DNA of 48,002 bases from Eubacteriales bacterium (lineage in GTDB: Bacteria; Bacillota; Clostridia; Oscillospirales; CAG-272): positions 1 through 48,002 of the forward strand of contig JAZRAU010000082.1 of NCBI GenBank assembly GCA_045634705.1, read 5' to 3'. This document shows positions 38,172 to 47,253 of the stretch, in pieces. Position 1 is the first letter of the stretch; each line of letters begins with the position of its first letter. Position numbers and translations under genes: made by a program. A model generated the notes under the pieces. The model was given only the letters and a program-made list of their open reading frames with translations, did no database searches and was not told the DNA's origin.

Positions 38172-38522
38172 TCAGAAGAGCCCCGGCATACCGGACATTC
38201 CCGGCAGATTCATCCCGGCCGTGATCTTCTCCATTTCGGATGCCGCAGACTCCTCCACGGTACGAATGGCTTGGTTGATGCCCGCCATGAGAATGTCGGA
38301 CAAGGTCTCAATATCGTCGGGGTCCACGATCTCAGGCTCGATTTCAAGAGCCGTGATCTCCTTTTTCCCGTTGATCGTGACCGTAACGGCGCCGCCACCG
38401 GCGGAAACCGTGTACTCCGCGGCCTCAAGCTCGGCCTGCTTTTCCTGCATATCGGCCTGCATTTTCTGCGCTTGCTTCAGCATATCGGCCATGCCGCCGC
38501 CTTGGGGAATTCTGACTTTCAT
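38172..38522 (-). CDS. ybaB: YbaB/EbfC nucleoid-associated protein
   Basis: 116 aa with MLKQAQKMQADMQEKQAELE...GGGAVTVTINGKKEI. It lies between dnaX and recR. Confidence 0.9.
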   Translation of the reverse strand: MKVRIPQGGGMADMLKQAQKMQADMQEKQAELEAAEYTVSAGGGAVTVTINGKKEITALEIEPEIVDPDDIETLSDILMAGINQAIRTVEESAASEMEKITAGMNLPGMSGMPGLF

Positions 38523-38534
38523 ATGTGTACTCCT

Positions 38535-40121
38535 TTACTCAGCTTCCGCGAGGGCGCGTTCCAGCTCCCCGAGGATAGAATCACTTTTTTTAGCGGTCTC
38601 GGTCTGTATCTCAACCGAGGCAACGGGTACCCCCGATACTCCCGTGGCGACCGCACGAATGGTGGCCAGGGCCTCCTCTTTATTAAGAAGCGTAAGGAAA
38701 AAAGCATTTCCGACGCGAACGACCAGATGACCGTCTCCGGAAATGGCGGCGCGGGAGCCGTTCAGAGGCGCGGCCATGCTGGCGGTCTGACGGCCGATCT
38801 CCTCAGTCACCTCACGCCAGCCCGTAAAGGCACGGTAAGTCGGTTCCCCTGTGGGCGCCGCGGTGGAAGCCAAAGGGGCCACCTCCGCTTTTTTCAGCTC
38901 AACCGCATCGGGCTTTTCCGCCTCAGGTGGCGGGGTCTTCTTGGGGGTGGGGATAGGCGCGCCACCACTGCGAAGAAGCGCCATGCCGTTTTCAAGCTCC
39001 GCAATACGGGCAAGAAGGCTCTCCTCCCCCGTAGAAAGACGGGGCTCACAAAGGCGCGTCAAAGCAAGCTCCGCAATGGCGCGGCGTGAGGCGCCCGCAC
39101 GCTGCATACGGCCATACGCCTCTTCGAGAATGCGGGCGTGATACACCAGCTGCTCCATAGTGAAGCGTGCGGAAAGCTCACGCAGGCGCTCGGTCTCGGC
39201 ATCGGTGAGGTCCAGATACTCGGCCGCATTTTTTGCGGTCTTCATTACGGTCATGTCTCTTGTGCAGTCAATGAGATCACGCCAAAACACGGTAAGATCG
39301 CGTGACGACATGACAAGATCGCGCACCGTACCGTAAATCTTTGCATAATCGCGGTCGGCCACCGCTTCCATAAGGGCATATCCCGCCTCACGGTCGCCCG
39401 CGCCGCAAACGTCGGCCACCAGGGCCTCGTCGATCGTCTCCTTCATTCCCGCGCAAAGCTCAAAAAGGCTGATAGCATCACGCATGCCACCAACAGCAAG
39501 ACGGGAAAGGAGCCGCGCGCCTCCCTCGGTGAGACCGATCCCCTCATGGGAAGCGATGTGCAAAAGGCGTTTGGCAAGCACCGCACCGGAAATGCGGCGA
39601 AAATCGAAGCGCTGGCAGCGGGAAACGATGGTGCTGGGGAGCTTATGAAGCTCCGTCGTGGCCAAAATGAAAATCACGTGCGCCGGCGGCTCTTCAAGGG
39701 TTTTGAGGAGGGCGTTGAAGGCGCTGCCCGTCATCATATGTACCTCGTCAATGATATAAACGCGGTACTTAAGCTCGGCCGGGGTAAACACGATCTCATC
39801 ACGGATATCGCGCACATCGTCAACACCCGTATTGCTGGCGGCGTCCATTTCGATCACGTCGGTAGCGGTGCCCGCATCGATCGAGCGGCACGCCGTACAG
39901 GCGTTGCAGGGATTGCCGTCCTTCGGAGAGAGGCAGTTCACGGCCTTGGCCAGAATCTTGGCACTGCTCGTCTTACCCGTTCCACGCGAGCCGCAAAACA
40001 GATACGCGTGGCTCAGCTTCCCCGCGGCAACCTCATATTTCAATATTTCTGTAACCTGATCCTGACCCCAGACGTCGTCAAAATCCACAGGCCGCCATTT
40101 GCGGTACAGCGCACGATACAT
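38535..40121 (-). CDS. dnaX: DNA polymerase III subunit gamma/tau
   Basis: 528 aa with MYRALYRKWRP..FDDVWGQ, Walker A GSRGTGKTSSAKILAKA, a zinc module CNACTACRSI, and IIDEVHM. Confidence 0.92.
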   Translation of the reverse strand: MYRALYRKWRPVDFDDVWGQDQVTEILKYEVAAGKLSHAYLFCGSRGTGKTSSAKILAKAVNCLSPKDGNPCNACTACRSIDAGTATDVIEMDAASNTGVDDVRDIRDEIVFTPAELKYRVYIIDEVHMMTGSAFNALLKTLEEPPAHVIFILATTELHKLPSTIVSRCQRFDFRRISGAVLAKRLLHIASHEGIGLTEGGARLLSRLAVGGMRDAISLFELCAGMKETIDEALVADVCGAGDREAGYALMEAVADRDYAKIYGTVRDLVMSSRDLTVFWRDLIDCTRDMTVMKTAKNAAEYLDLTDAETERLRELSARFTMEQLVYHARILEEAYGRMQRAGASRRAIAELALTRLCEPRLSTGEESLLARIAELENGMALLRSGGAPIPTPKKTPPPEAEKPDAVELKKAEVAPLASTAAPTGEPTYRAFTGWREVTEEIGRQTASMAAPLNGSRAAISGDGHLVVRVGNAFFLTLLNKEEALATIRAVATGVSGVPVASVEIQTETAKKSDSILGELERALAEAE

Positions 40122-40258
40122 GCTATTCCTCCGTTACCTCCGCCAATAAAGTCCTCGGCGATAAAATCTTTTTGTTTGCCGCGGCTCGGCTTGAAGGGTG
40201 TAAAAAAAGCGGCCTGCGGCAGATGGGTGCTCCCCAACGGCACACACGGCCCGCATTC

Positions 40259-40574
40259 AAGCTCCAAGGGTCGGATAAGACCATACACCATAAGATCGAA
40301 CACTTCCTTACATACGGAAGCCGCACCGTCCGCTCCGAACAGGCGTCCTTGCGGCACACCGGGGAATCCGCTTAATGCTGCTTGGTCTCCCACCTGACAT
40401 GGTTCACAGCCCCCGATTGCACAAGACCCATTCTTCAACGCGGACCGCATACGGCGCAGACTACACAAGAAAGGCCCTCAAATATGGAAATCACCCCTGC
40501 TATAGCGGATTTCAGGTACAAGGCACCGCTACCGCCCCGGCCAGTATGGTCCTATCCGGCCCTTGGAACTTCAT
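40259..40574 (-). ncRNA. ffs: signal recognition particle RNA, large Bacillus type with an Alu domain; ends uncertain by about 10 nt
   Basis: The minus strand reads ...GGUAGCGGUGCCUUGUACCUGAAAUCCGCUAUAGCAGGG... (Alu-domain loops). It then reads ...GAACCAUGUCAGGUGGGAGACCAAGCAGCAUUAAGCGG...GUGCCGCAAGG (domain IV with a GAGA GNRA tetraloop). This is near-identical in pattern to B. subtilis scRNA. The 5' segment AAGUUCCAAGGGCCGGAUAGGACCAUAC pairs with the 3' segment GUAUGGUCUUAUCCGACCCUUGGAGCUU. It sits in the canonical position upstream of dnaX. Confidence 0.88.
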
Positions 40575-40580
40575 ACATAT

Positions 40581-40609
40581 AGTATAGCAAAAAAGCAAGG
40601 CTTATGCAA
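40581..40609 (-). promoter_or_regulatory. sigma-A-type promoter candidate for the SRP RNA
   Basis: Read on the minus strand: TTGCAT (40609..40604), a 17-nt spacer, then TATACT (40586..40581). This places +1 at about 40574. Confidence 0.5.
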
Positions 40610-40651
40610 TAGAAAAAAGAGAAAAAAGTATGAAAATCGCAAGAAGCCCCC

Positions 40652-41368
40652 TCAAAGAATAAAGCCGCCGTCCACCCCAAGGATCTGCCCGGTAATAAAG
40701 CCTGCGCTCTCCCCCGCAAGGAAGAAGGCTGCCTCCGCCACCTCACACGCATTTCCAAGGCGCGAAAGAGGCGTGGCATCGACAAGGACGCGTTTGTCCT
40801 CCTCCGAAAGAGCGGCATTCATCTCGGTGTCAATGACACCGGGAGCAATGGCGTTGACGGTGATACCCGAGGGGCCAACCTCACGCGCAAGCGCCAGCGT
40901 CATACCGTTGATCGCGGCCTTAGTGGCGGAATAATGCACCTCACAGGAGGCGCCTACCCTGCCCCACATGGAGGATACGTTGATAATGCGCCCCTCTTTT
41001 TTGGCGATCATGGCCGGAAGAACGGCACGGCAGTAGTAAAAAGCCCCATGGACGTTGACAGCAAAGATACGTGCCCACTCCTCCTCCGTAAGATCGGTGA
41101 GCAACGAAAAGGAGGAAATCGCCGCATTATTGATAAGGACCGAGGGGGCGCCGTACTCGGCCGTCACCCTCTCGACGGCGGCCGTCACCTCAGCGGCAAC
41201 AGCCGTATCGGCGCGTACAGCCAGCGCTCCCGTCTCAGCAGCCAAGCGCGAAGCGGCCTCACAGGCTCTTTTATAGGTAAAGGCCACGCAATCCCCCGCT
41301 TCAGCAAAGCGGCGCACCATTTCCGCCCCGATGCCGCGCGAGCCGCCGTTGATGAGTACCGTGCGCAT
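40652..41368 (-). CDS. SDR-family oxidoreductase (FabG-like)
   Basis: MRTVLINGGSRGIG (TGxxxGxG), NAA, and the catalytic S...YSATKAA (YxxxK). The ATG at 41368 lies 6 nt after GGGAGGAA. Confidence 0.8.
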   Translation of the reverse strand: MRTVLINGGSRGIGAEMVRRFAEAGDCVAFTYKRACEAASRLAAETGALAVRADTAVAAEVTAAVERVTAEYGAPSVLINNAAISSFSLLTDLTEEEWARIFAVNVHGAFYYCRAVLPAMIAKKEGRIINVSSMWGRVGASCEVHYSATKAAINGMTLALAREVGPSGITVNAIAPGVIDTEMNAALSEEDKRVLVDATPLSRLGNACEVAEAAFFLAGESAGFITGQILGVDGGFIL

Positions 41369-41490
41369 TCCCAGTTCCTCCCAAGCTTTCAATATTTCTC
41401 ACTATTATCATACATCTTTTTCATACAAAAGTCAATTGCAAATCGGCAGAGAATATGCTACAATGGAAATATCAAAGGAAGGAGCCCACT

Positions 41491-42156
41491 ATGATATTTA
41501 TCATCGAGAACGATCATAAGATCCGCGACCGTGAGCGCCGCCGCTTTTATAAATTTCCTCTCAACACCTGCGGATCTGCCTCCCGCTATGCAATCGAAAA
41601 GATCAGTGACTATCCCGTCACCGCGATCTATATTCCCAACATTGACACCGTGCCAAACCCCATAGAGTTTTGTCGTAAGCTGAAAAAGGCTTACCCCTCT
41701 CTTCCCCTCATCGTGACCGTACCAAAGACAGACAAGATCGATCTTGATACGCTTTATCGCGTCACCGACAATATGCCCAACCGCCCGCTTGCTACAGTAC
41801 GCCTTGCCGAGATCATTTGTGAGCTGTCACGCCTTTACACAGGGCGCGACTTTATTGAGTGCAAGGTGAACTCCGCCCTGAAGCTGACGATCTACGCGCA
41901 CGTGGCCACCGTCCACCAAAGGCTCTTATCCTTTAACAGCCAAGCCCTCTCGGTGCTGCGCCACCTCGCCGAGGCCTATCCGCGTTACGTCCCCACCGAG
42001 GAGCTGGCGCTTTGCACAGGCGTTCACCGAGGAAAGCGCTCGCCGGAATCGGTCCGCTTTCAGATATTTAAGATCAATGCTAAAGCCAAGGCCAGAACCG
42101 GCCGCCCCATTATCGTATTTAAGCGCGGTTGCGGATACACCGTCTGTCACCGCTGA
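41491..42156 (+). CDS. atypical OmpR-like regulator: a divergent receiver-like N-domain plus a winged-helix C-domain
   Basis: The C-terminal region LSFNSQALSVLRHLAEAYPRYVPTEELA...SVRFQIFKINAKAK...IIVFKRGCGYTV fits the Trans_reg_C pattern. The N-terminal region MIFIIENDHKIRD...AIYIPNIDTVPNPIEF...LIVTVPK...NRPL is receiver-like but diverges at canonical positions. The ATG at 41491 lies 6 nt after GGAAGGAG. Confidence 0.6.
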   Translation: MIFIIENDHKIRDRERRRFYKFPLNTCGSASRYAIEKISDYPVTAIYIPNIDTVPNPIEFCRKLKKAYPSLPLIVTVPKTDKIDLDTLYRVTDNMPNRPLATVRLAEIICELSRLYTGRDFIECKVNSALKLTIYAHVATVHQRLLSFNSQALSVLRHLAEAYPRYVPTEELALCTGVHRGKRSPESVRFQIFKINAKAKARTGRPIIVFKRGCGYTVCHR

Positions 42157-42240
42157 TCTTGGCAAGAAACAAGCCGCCTCCTGCATATACTGATAAGGAC
42201 CGACTGCCGTCGGTCCTATCTTATCTAAGGGGGCACCGTT

Positions 42241-42948
42241 ATGCCACACGTATTCTCTTCCGCGGCATTCCACCTTGTTTATCTTCTGCTTGGGATCGGT
42301 AGCGCACAGAGCTTCCCTCCCCCTCTCCCGAGTGTCGAGGAGCGCCGCCTTTTTGCGGCTATGAAGGAAGGCGACCGAGGAGCGCGAAAGCGCCTCATTG
42401 AGCACAATCTGCGCCTTGTGGCCCACGTGGTGCGGAAATACTACACCTCCTATCAAAATCCCGACGAGCTGGTTTCTATCGGCAGTCTTGGCCTTGTGAA
42501 GGCCATTGATACCTTCTCCCCCGAAAACGGCGCCCGATTTGCGACTTACGCCGTCAAGTGCGTACAAAACGAGATCCTGATGTTCTTCCGCTCGCAAAAA
42601 AAGCTTTCCTGCGAGGTGTCGATCAACGAAACCATTGACGTTGACCGTGACGGCAATCCCCTCACCTACATAGACGTCATCAGCAGCGACGAGGACATCA
42701 CGAGGGAGCTGGATCTCCGTATCCATGCCGAACGCGCCTACCGCTTGATCGATGAGATCCTTGACGAGCGGGAGCGGCGCATTATCACGCTGCGCTACGG
42801 CCTCGGCAAGGCGCCGCCCCTCACCCAGCGCGAGGTGGCCGACCACCTGAAGATCTCGCGCTCCTACGTAAGCCGAATTGAAAAACGCGCCCTCGGTAAG
42901 CTAAAGGAAAGCTTTGGCCCCTTTGTTCCGTCCTTTGACGATCCATAA
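42241..42948 (+). CDS. sigK: sporulation sigma factor SigK (pro-form, uninterrupted)
   Basis: It has a pro-sequence-like N-terminus ending ...GSAQSFPPPLP, plus LIEHNLRLVAHVVRKY, ATYAVKCVQNEILMFFR, and TQREVADHLKISRSYVSRIEKRAL. It is closer to the B. subtilis SigK pattern than to SigE (LIERNLRLVVYIARKF, ISQSYISRLEKR). Confidence 0.82.
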   Translation: MPHVFSSAAFHLVYLLLGIGSAQSFPPPLPSVEERRLFAAMKEGDRGARKRLIEHNLRLVAHVVRKYYTSYQNPDELVSIGSLGLVKAIDTFSPENGARFATYAVKCVQNEILMFFRSQKKLSCEVSINETIDVDRDGNPLTYIDVISSDEDITRELDLRIHAERAYRLIDEILDERERRIITLRYGLGKAPPLTQREVADHLKISRSYVSRIEKRALGKLKESFGPFVPSFDDP

Positions 42949-42955
42949 TGAAAAT

Positions 42956-42993
42956 GAGAGCGAGGATACCGTTTGAAGTACCCTCGCTCTTTT
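42956..42993 (+). terminator. intrinsic terminator after sigK
   Basis: A 9-bp stem, AGAGCGAGG (42956..42964) / CCTCGCTCT (42981..42989), followed by T5. Confidence 0.6.
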
Positions 42994-43026
42994 TCGGGCT
43001 TGCCCTTCAGAAGGCAAGTCCTCTTT

Positions 43027-44058
43027 TTATTTGCGAATGTAGGCGGGCGCTACAGGTTCGCCGCCCTTGGCAGCCGACTCAACGGCCGCAATGCCGACAG
43101 CAACCGTGTCGGCACCCTGGTAAACGTCACACTCAAGCGCCGTGTCATTGAGGATGGCCATTGCCATATCTCTGATCTCGGCACCGACGTTGTGATGGTT
43201 GATCTCAACGGGAATCTTCTGGTCGGGATACATATGCTTTCCGTTGTCGGTCACAGCGTGGCGGTACAGAGTAATCTCAGGAGACTGGTTGTCACAAATA
43301 ATGGTACCCTTGGTGCCGTAGAGGCAGGTACGCATCGTGTAATTTCTCTTAACGCCGATACCGCAGAAGATTTTACCGACAACGTTGTTCGGGAACTGCA
43401 TGATTGCGATGGTGCAGTCGTCAACCGGCCAATCGGTAAGAACCTTTCTGTTGGCAAGAGCCATAACCTTGGTAGGATCGCCGGCGATCCAACGGAGAAG
43501 GTCGATCGCGTGGCATCCGCCGCCGATGATGCTGTAACGCAGATTGACGGGATCCTTTCTCCAAAGGGGCTTCATGAACTCATAGTCGTGAGCATACTCG
43601 GACTCAACAAAGAAAAGATCGCCGATCTCGCCTGCGTCCACAAGCTGCTTGGCCTTAATAAAGCCGGGGGCCTTACGGCACACCTGACCGGTCATAAACT
43701 TCTTGCCGCTCTTCTCGGCCGCCTCGGCCATAAGACGGCAATCCTCGATGGACTGCGCCAGAGGCTTCTCGCAGAGAACGTGATAGCCCGCCTCACAGGC
43801 AGCAACCGCATGCTCTCTGTGGATCTGGTCGGGGGTCACGAGGATAACGCAGTCAAAACCGCCGGCCTTGAGCATTTCATAAAAATCCACGTAATAGGGA
43901 ACCTTATGACCCTGACCGAATTTTCTTGCGAGATCGGGAACGTTATCGCAAACGCACGCAAGCTCAGCAACATCGGCATTCTTTAAGATCCCCTGAATAT
44001 GCGCTTGACCGAGGCCGCCAACGCCAACGACGGCAAATCTTACCTTTTTCTCTGCCAT
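43027..44058 (-). CDS. Gfo/Idh/MocA-family NAD(P)-dependent oxidoreductase
   Basis: 343 aa with the N-terminal Rossmann motif VRFAVVGVGGLGQAH and EKPLA. AAGGAG sits upstream of the ATG. Confidence 0.85.
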   Translation of the reverse strand: MAEKKVRFAVVGVGGLGQAHIQGILKNADVAELACVCDNVPDLARKFGQGHKVPYYVDFYEMLKAGGFDCVILVTPDQIHREHAVAACEAGYHVLCEKPLAQSIEDCRLMAEAAEKSGKKFMTGQVCRKAPGFIKAKQLVDAGEIGDLFFVESEYAHDYEFMKPLWRKDPVNLRYSIIGGGCHAIDLLRWIAGDPTKVMALANRKVLTDWPVDDCTIAIMQFPNNVVGKIFCGIGVKRNYTMRTCLYGTKGTIICDNQSPEITLYRHAVTDNGKHMYPDQKIPVEINHHNVGAEIRDMAMAILNDTALECDVYQGADTVAVGIAAVESAAKGGEPVAPAYIRK

Positions 44059-44317
44059 TTTGATTTCTCCTTAACAAAAAACATATTTCGAGCAATGCTC
44101 CTGAGGCTATTATAGCATAGTTCCCTTTTATATTCAATACATTTTTTTGATTTTTTCTCGCTTTATTGGGCAATATTGAAATATTTTTATCATCAGGGGA
44201 ATGGAGAAAAGCTCAGTTTTTTGCAATTGACACCACCCTGTTTGTTTTTTGTATAAAAAAGCGCCATCTGCCCCACAATAGTTGACAGAGACACCACATG
44301 AAAGGAGAGTTTGTATT

Positions 44318-44539
44318 ATGGTTATGGACAGAATTGCCCTGATCCTTGCGATCATCGGCGGTCTTAACTGGGGTAGCATCGGTCTTTTTCAGTTTGACAT
44401 CGTGGCTTGGATCTGCGGCGGCCAGACGTCTATCGTTTCCCGCATCGTTTACGTTGTTGTGGCATTGGCTGCGCTCTGGTGCGTCTCGCTCCTCTTCCGT
44501 ACGGGAGAAGAGACCGAGGTCACCGCGCATAACGACTGA
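44318..44539 (+). CDS. DUF378-family small membrane protein
   Basis: MVMDRIALILAIIGGLNWGSIGLFQFDIVAWICGG is the typical DUF378 signature (GGLNWG). The ATG at 44318 lies 8 nt after AAAGGAGAG. Confidence 0.75.
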   Translation: MVMDRIALILAIIGGLNWGSIGLFQFDIVAWICGGQTSIVSRIVYVVVALAALWCVSLLFRTGEETEVTAHND

Positions 44540-44550
44540 ATACAAAAAAG

Positions 44551-44588
44551 GCCGATCGGCTCCGATCTCTCGGAACGGTCGGCTTTTT
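44551..44588 (+). terminator. intrinsic terminator after the DUF378 gene
   Basis: The stem is GCCGATCG (44551..44558) / CGGTCGGC (44576..44583) with an inner TCCGA/TCGGA pairing, followed by T5. Confidence 0.65.
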
Positions 44589-44712
44589 ATATCCAAAAGC
44601 GGAACGCCGACATAGTATAAAAACGGAGAACAAATTCCCGCGGTGTGATTAAGGAAAGGGATTTTGTGACAGAATAACTACAAATACCGTGGAAAGGAAA
44701 CAGTGAGACCCG

Positions 44713-45129
44713 ATGAACGTCAAACGCGGTGACATCTATTACGCCGACCTTTCACCCGTTGTCGGCAGTGAGCAGGGCGGACTGCGCCCTGTGCTAATCA
44801 TACAAAATGACGTCGGCAACCGCTACAGCCCCACCGTCATTGCCGCAGCCATAACCAGCCGCATGGACAAAAACAAGCTCCCGACCCACATTGAGGTGTA
44901 TGCCGCGCGGGCGGGCCTCCCCCGCGATTCCGTGATACTTCTTGAGCAGATCCGCACGCTTGACAAGCGCCGCCTGCGCGAAAAAATGGGACACCTTGAC
45001 GAGGGAGCCATGGCCGAGGTCAACGATGCGATCTCTATCAGCTTCGGCCTTCCCGTGCTTTCTGACTACACTACATCAGAAGGACCGCCCACCGGCGAGC
45101 TGACTGCAAAGCTGCCCGAAGTTTTTTAA
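44713..45129 (+). CDS. mazF: MazF/EndoA (PemK-family) endoribonuclease toxin with a C-terminal extension
   Basis: [49 protein letters not shown]...PTHIEV...[18 protein letters not shown] closely matches the EndoA pattern. It is 138 aa against about 116 aa for typical members. Confidence 0.88.
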   Translation: MNVKRGDIYYADLSPVVGSEQGGLRPVLIIQNDVGNRYSPTVIAAAITSRMDKNKLPTHIEVYAARAGLPRDSVILLEQIRTLDKRRLREKMGHLDEGAMAEVNDAISISFGLPVLSDYTTSEGPPTGELTAKLPEVF

Positions 45130-45159
45130 GAACTTTGCCACATATTCTCTCCTATGCTC

Positions 45160-45188
45160 TTGATTTCGGTAAAAAATTATGCTATAGT
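45160..45188 (+). promoter_or_regulatory. sigma-A-type promoter candidate for fba
   Basis: TTGATT (45160..45165), a 17-nt spacer, then TATAGT (45183..45188). Confidence 0.5.
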
Positions 45189-45232
45189 ATTCTGTGTGAG
45201 CAAAAAATACCGAATTTCAAAGGAGAGAAAAC

Positions 45233-46192
45233 ATGGCACTCGTAACCACAAAGGAAATGTTTAAGAAGGCCTATGAGGGCGGCTACGCTATCGGCGCCTT
45301 CAACATCAATAATATGGAGATCATTCAGGCGATCACCGAAGCCGCGGAGGAGGCTAAGTCCCCCGTGATCCTTCAGGTCTCGGCCGGTGCGCGCAAGTAC
45401 GCTAAGCATGAGTACCTCATTGCCCTTGCCAACGCCGCCGTTAAGGACAGCGGCATTGACCTGGCCCTTCACCTTGACCACGGCGCGGATTTTGAGATCT
45501 GCAAGTCCTGCATCGACGGCGGCTTTACCTCGGTCATGATCGACGGCTCTCACCATTCCTTTGAGGACAACATTGCCCTCACGAAGAAGGTCGTTGAGTA
45601 CGCGCACGCCCACGGCGTTGTGGTTGAGGGTGAGCTTGGCGTTCTTGCCGGTGTTGAGGACGAGGTCAGCGCTGAGTGCTCCTCCTACACCCGCCCCGAG
45701 GAGGTCGAGGAATTCGTTTCCCGCACGGGAGTTGACTCGCTGGCGATCTCGATCGGTACCTCCCACGGCGCCTATAAGTTCACGCCTGCCCAGTGCACGC
45801 GTAACGAGGAAGGCATTCTCGTTCCTCCGCCTCTCCGCTTTGATATCCTTGCCGAAATTGAGAAGCGCCTGCCCCTCTTCCCCATTGTCCTCCACGGTGC
45901 CTCCTCGGTGCCTCAGGACTTTGTGAAGGAGATCAACGCGCTTGGCGGTAAGATGCCCGATGCTGTCGGAATTCCCGAATCCCAGCTGCGCGAAGCCGCC
46001 AAAATGGCTGTATGTAAGATCAATATCGACTCGGACATCCGCCTGGCCATGACCGCCGGTATCCGCCGCGTGATGAGCGAGCAGCCCGACGTGTTTGACC
46101 CCCGCACCTACCTCTCGGTGGCACGCACCGAGGTCAAGAAGATGGTCACACACAAGATCCTCAACGTCCTCGGCTCTGCCGGTACCCTTTGA
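45233..46192 (+). CDS. fba: class II fructose-1,6-bisphosphate aldolase
   Basis: 319 aa with GYAIGAFNINNME, LHLDHG, VEGELG and GTSHGAYKF. Confidence 0.92.
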   Translation: MALVTTKEMFKKAYEGGYAIGAFNINNMEIIQAITEAAEEAKSPVILQVSAGARKYAKHEYLIALANAAVKDSGIDLALHLDHGADFEICKSCIDGGFTSVMIDGSHHSFEDNIALTKKVVEYAHAHGVVVEGELGVLAGVEDEVSAECSSYTRPEEVEEFVSRTGVDSLAISIGTSHGAYKFTPAQCTRNEEGILVPPPLRFDILAEIEKRLPLFPIVLHGASSVPQDFVKEINALGGKMPDAVGIPESQLREAAKMAVCKINIDSDIRLAMTAGIRRVMSEQPDVFDPRTYLSVARTEVKKMVTHKILNVLGSAGTL

Positions 46193-46196
46193 TCCC

Positions 46197-46224
46197 AAAA
46201 GCCCGCCCTTCGGCGGGCTTTTTT
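46197..46224 (+). terminator. intrinsic terminator after fba
   Basis: The stem is AGCCCGCC-CTTC-GGCGGGCT, followed by T6 (46219..46224). Confidence 0.75.
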
Positions 46225-46290
46225 ACGTCTATTTCAAAGGTGCGGCTCATAGAATGATAACGACAGAATAAAAAAGGAAAGAGGTCGTCT

Positions 46291-47226
46291 ATGAACCGTT
46301 ATGCGCCCGAAGGCACCCTGATCACCACACCCGAAAATCACGAAGCCGTCTCCTCTCTCGGGGCACTGGAGCGCGCCCTTGAAAAGCAGACGATACTGGA
46401 GGCCATCGCCCTTATGTGTGACGGCGATTTTTCCCTTCACTTTGATCTTGGCGGTACGCCCGCCCTCATGCTGCGCGAGGAGGTGCAGTATTCCCGCAGA
46501 AGCGAGCCGATCAAGGATATTGCCGTCTTGACGCGTGTGGGAAAGCCCTGCGTTTTCAAGGTGGTGGGCTTTACCCGCCGCGAGGACGGCGCCACGGTGG
46601 CCCTGCTTTCCCGCAGAGCCGCACAAGCCGAATGTATGGCAAGTTATATCGATACCTTAGAGGTGGGGGACGTGATCCCCGCCAAGGTAACGCACATGGA
46701 AAGCTTTGGCGCCTTTGTGGACATTGGCTGTGGGATCGTTTCCCTTCTTTCCATTGATTGCATCTCAGTCTCCCGCATCTCGCACCCCTCCGACCGCTTC
46801 ACGGTGGGCGAGCGCATCTACACCGCAGTGCGCCGCATTGATGAGGAGGGGCGTATTTACGTCACACACCGCGAGCTGCTTGGCACGTGGGAAGAAAACG
46901 CCGCGCTGTTTGCCCCCGGAGAAACCGTGATCGGAACGGTGCGGAGCGTGGAAAGCTACGGGATCTTTGTGGAGCTTTTGCCTAATCTTGCGGGGCTTGC
47001 CGAGCTACGAGAGGGCGTTAAGGTGGGGGATACGGCCGCGGTCTACATCAAAAGCATTCTGCCCGATAAAATGAAGATCAAGCTAATCGTAATCGATGCA
47101 AACGCCGAGGAGCCCGTCCGTGGCCACCGCTATTTTTTAACGCCCGAGGACACCCCGCACATCGACCGTTGGGTCTATTCTCCGGAGGGAGCCAGCAAAA
47201 GGATCGAAACGGTGTTTTCCGTATAA
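46291..47226 (+). CDS. S1 RNA-binding-domain protein with at least two S1/OB repeats
   Basis: The first repeat is GDVIPAKVTHMESFGAFVDIGCGIVSLLSIDCIS. The second is GETVIGTVRSVESYGIFVELLPNLAGLAELRE. Both fit the S1 pattern. Confidence 0.75.
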   Translation: MNRYAPEGTLITTPENHEAVSSLGALERALEKQTILEAIALMCDGDFSLHFDLGGTPALMLREEVQYSRRSEPIKDIAVLTRVGKPCVFKVVGFTRREDGATVALLSRRAAQAECMASYIDTLEVGDVIPAKVTHMESFGAFVDIGCGIVSLLSIDCISVSRISHPSDRFTVGERIYTAVRRIDEEGRIYVTHRELLGTWEENAALFAPGETVIGTVRSVESYGIFVELLPNLAGLAELREGVKVGDTAAVYIKSILPDKMKIKLIVIDANAEEPVRGHRYFLTPEDTPHIDRWVYSPEGASKRIETVFSV

Positions 47227-47253
47227 CCGCCCTCGCTTTTTCTTCTGTAGCCC

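Noticed and set aside
40040-40587. A cluster of 66-142-aa ORFs on both strands upstream of dnaX.
   Set aside because: The region is occupied by the SRP RNA gene and its promoter and terminator. The ORFs overlap one another and have no SD or family signal.
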